Source: Chiloscyllium plagiosum
Lineage: Eukaryota
Direction: 5' to 3'
NCBI RefSeq assembly: GCF_004010195.1
Contig: NC_057754.1
Location: 6,153,971 to 6,173,970 of the forward strand
DNA: 20,000 bases
Below, one piece after another: positions 19,470-20,000 of this stretch; position 1 is the first letter of the stretch; each line of letters opens with the position of its first letter. The translations under genes and the position numbers were made by a program. The notes below the pieces were generated by a model. It had not been told where the DNA came from, did not search any database, and saw only the letters and a program-made list of their open reading frames with translations.

Positions 19470-20000
19470 TTGTCCAAACATCACTGTGGTGTACATGGAC
19501 TGCAGCATTTCAGGGAGGCGGTTAACCACCGCTTTCTCAAAGACAAGTAAAGGCGGCCAATAAATACTGGTCTGGGCAACAAAGGCAGCCCCCAGTGAAT
19601 AAAACCAAGCAGTGACCCCTCTGAGTTGACTTGCTGTGAAGTTAAAAACCTCTCTGGAAATGGAGTGGGAAGAGAAGAGAAACAGTGACATTTCACAGCT
19701 GGCCTCAGAGAGACCACACCCTTGGAAGTACTCAGAGCCGGGGATCAGCTAAGTGAGTTTCAGTCTCTTCAAATATCAATATTAGTCGGTTTTATTTTAT
19801 TAAATCTACAATAGTGAGTAAGGTGAGGATTTCTTTTTAATGTCTTCCGGTCTCTTGATTAAATGTTTAAGATATGAACCGTAAGCATTAAGTTATTCTA
19901 GGGCAGTATTTTTCGAGCAATAAGACTGTGCCTTTGTCTTGGTCTGTAGATTGTTAAGGCGGAGAGATGACCTGTTGTAGAGTGGTGTGCTGTTCCTGTC
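19470..20000 (+). mobile_element. LINE tail fragment (19470-19605) followed by CR1 5' UTR and ORF1 start (paralog of 4926-5452)
   Basis: Reverse complement match to 4926-5452. Confidence 0.65.

Larger units (their letters stand above)
15761..20000. repeat. Young inverted segmental duplication, right arm (partner 4926-9191); runs off the window
   Basis: The reverse complement of 15761-15790, CGGATTATCTCAGTCTTAGTGACAGAGAAA, matches 9162-9191; the reverse complement of 19981-20000 matches 4926-4945. Confidence 0.97.

Noticed and set aside
1..20000. CRISPR array, prokaryotic operon or intact autonomous retroelement
   Set aside because: No regularly spaced repeats, no bacterial-type gene density, and all RT and endonuclease frames are broken.

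Overview
Eukaryotic, repeat-saturated genomic DNA, almost certainly from a cartilaginous fish (shark). The evidence is the repeat content: CR1/HER1-type LINEs, HE1-type and SacSINE1-type tRNA SINEs, L2 and Penelope-like fragments. There is no intact protein-coding gene; the ORF track consists of degenerate LINE/Penelope frames, antisense frames and N-gap read-through. Beneath the repeats is a mosaic of inverted segmental duplications. (i) A young pair of at least 4.2 kb, 4926-9191 vs 20000-15761, about 89-96% identical in hand-counted samples. (ii) An older pair, 1-2705 vs 13999-~10660, sharing a CR1 insertion site and diagnostic mutations. The two orientation domains meet at a sharp junction near 9191. 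The only clearly non-TE core is a module with CCAAT, Sp/KLF, CRE-like, AP-1, YY1 and NRF1 motifs, a branchpoint and splice acceptor, and an exon carrying a broken first C2H2 finger (EGERFVCSICG). It occurs twice head-to-head (about 6540-7345 minus, 17558-18380 plus), and a third promoter copy runs into the 500-N gap (14451-14518). I read this as decaying copies in an elasmobranch C2H2 zinc-finger gene cluster. Two collapsed Penelope termini form hairpins, one with a 14-bp target-site duplication and one with a nearly intact hammerhead-like core. TE family names come from recalled consensus motifs, not from a database search, and boundaries are approximate.
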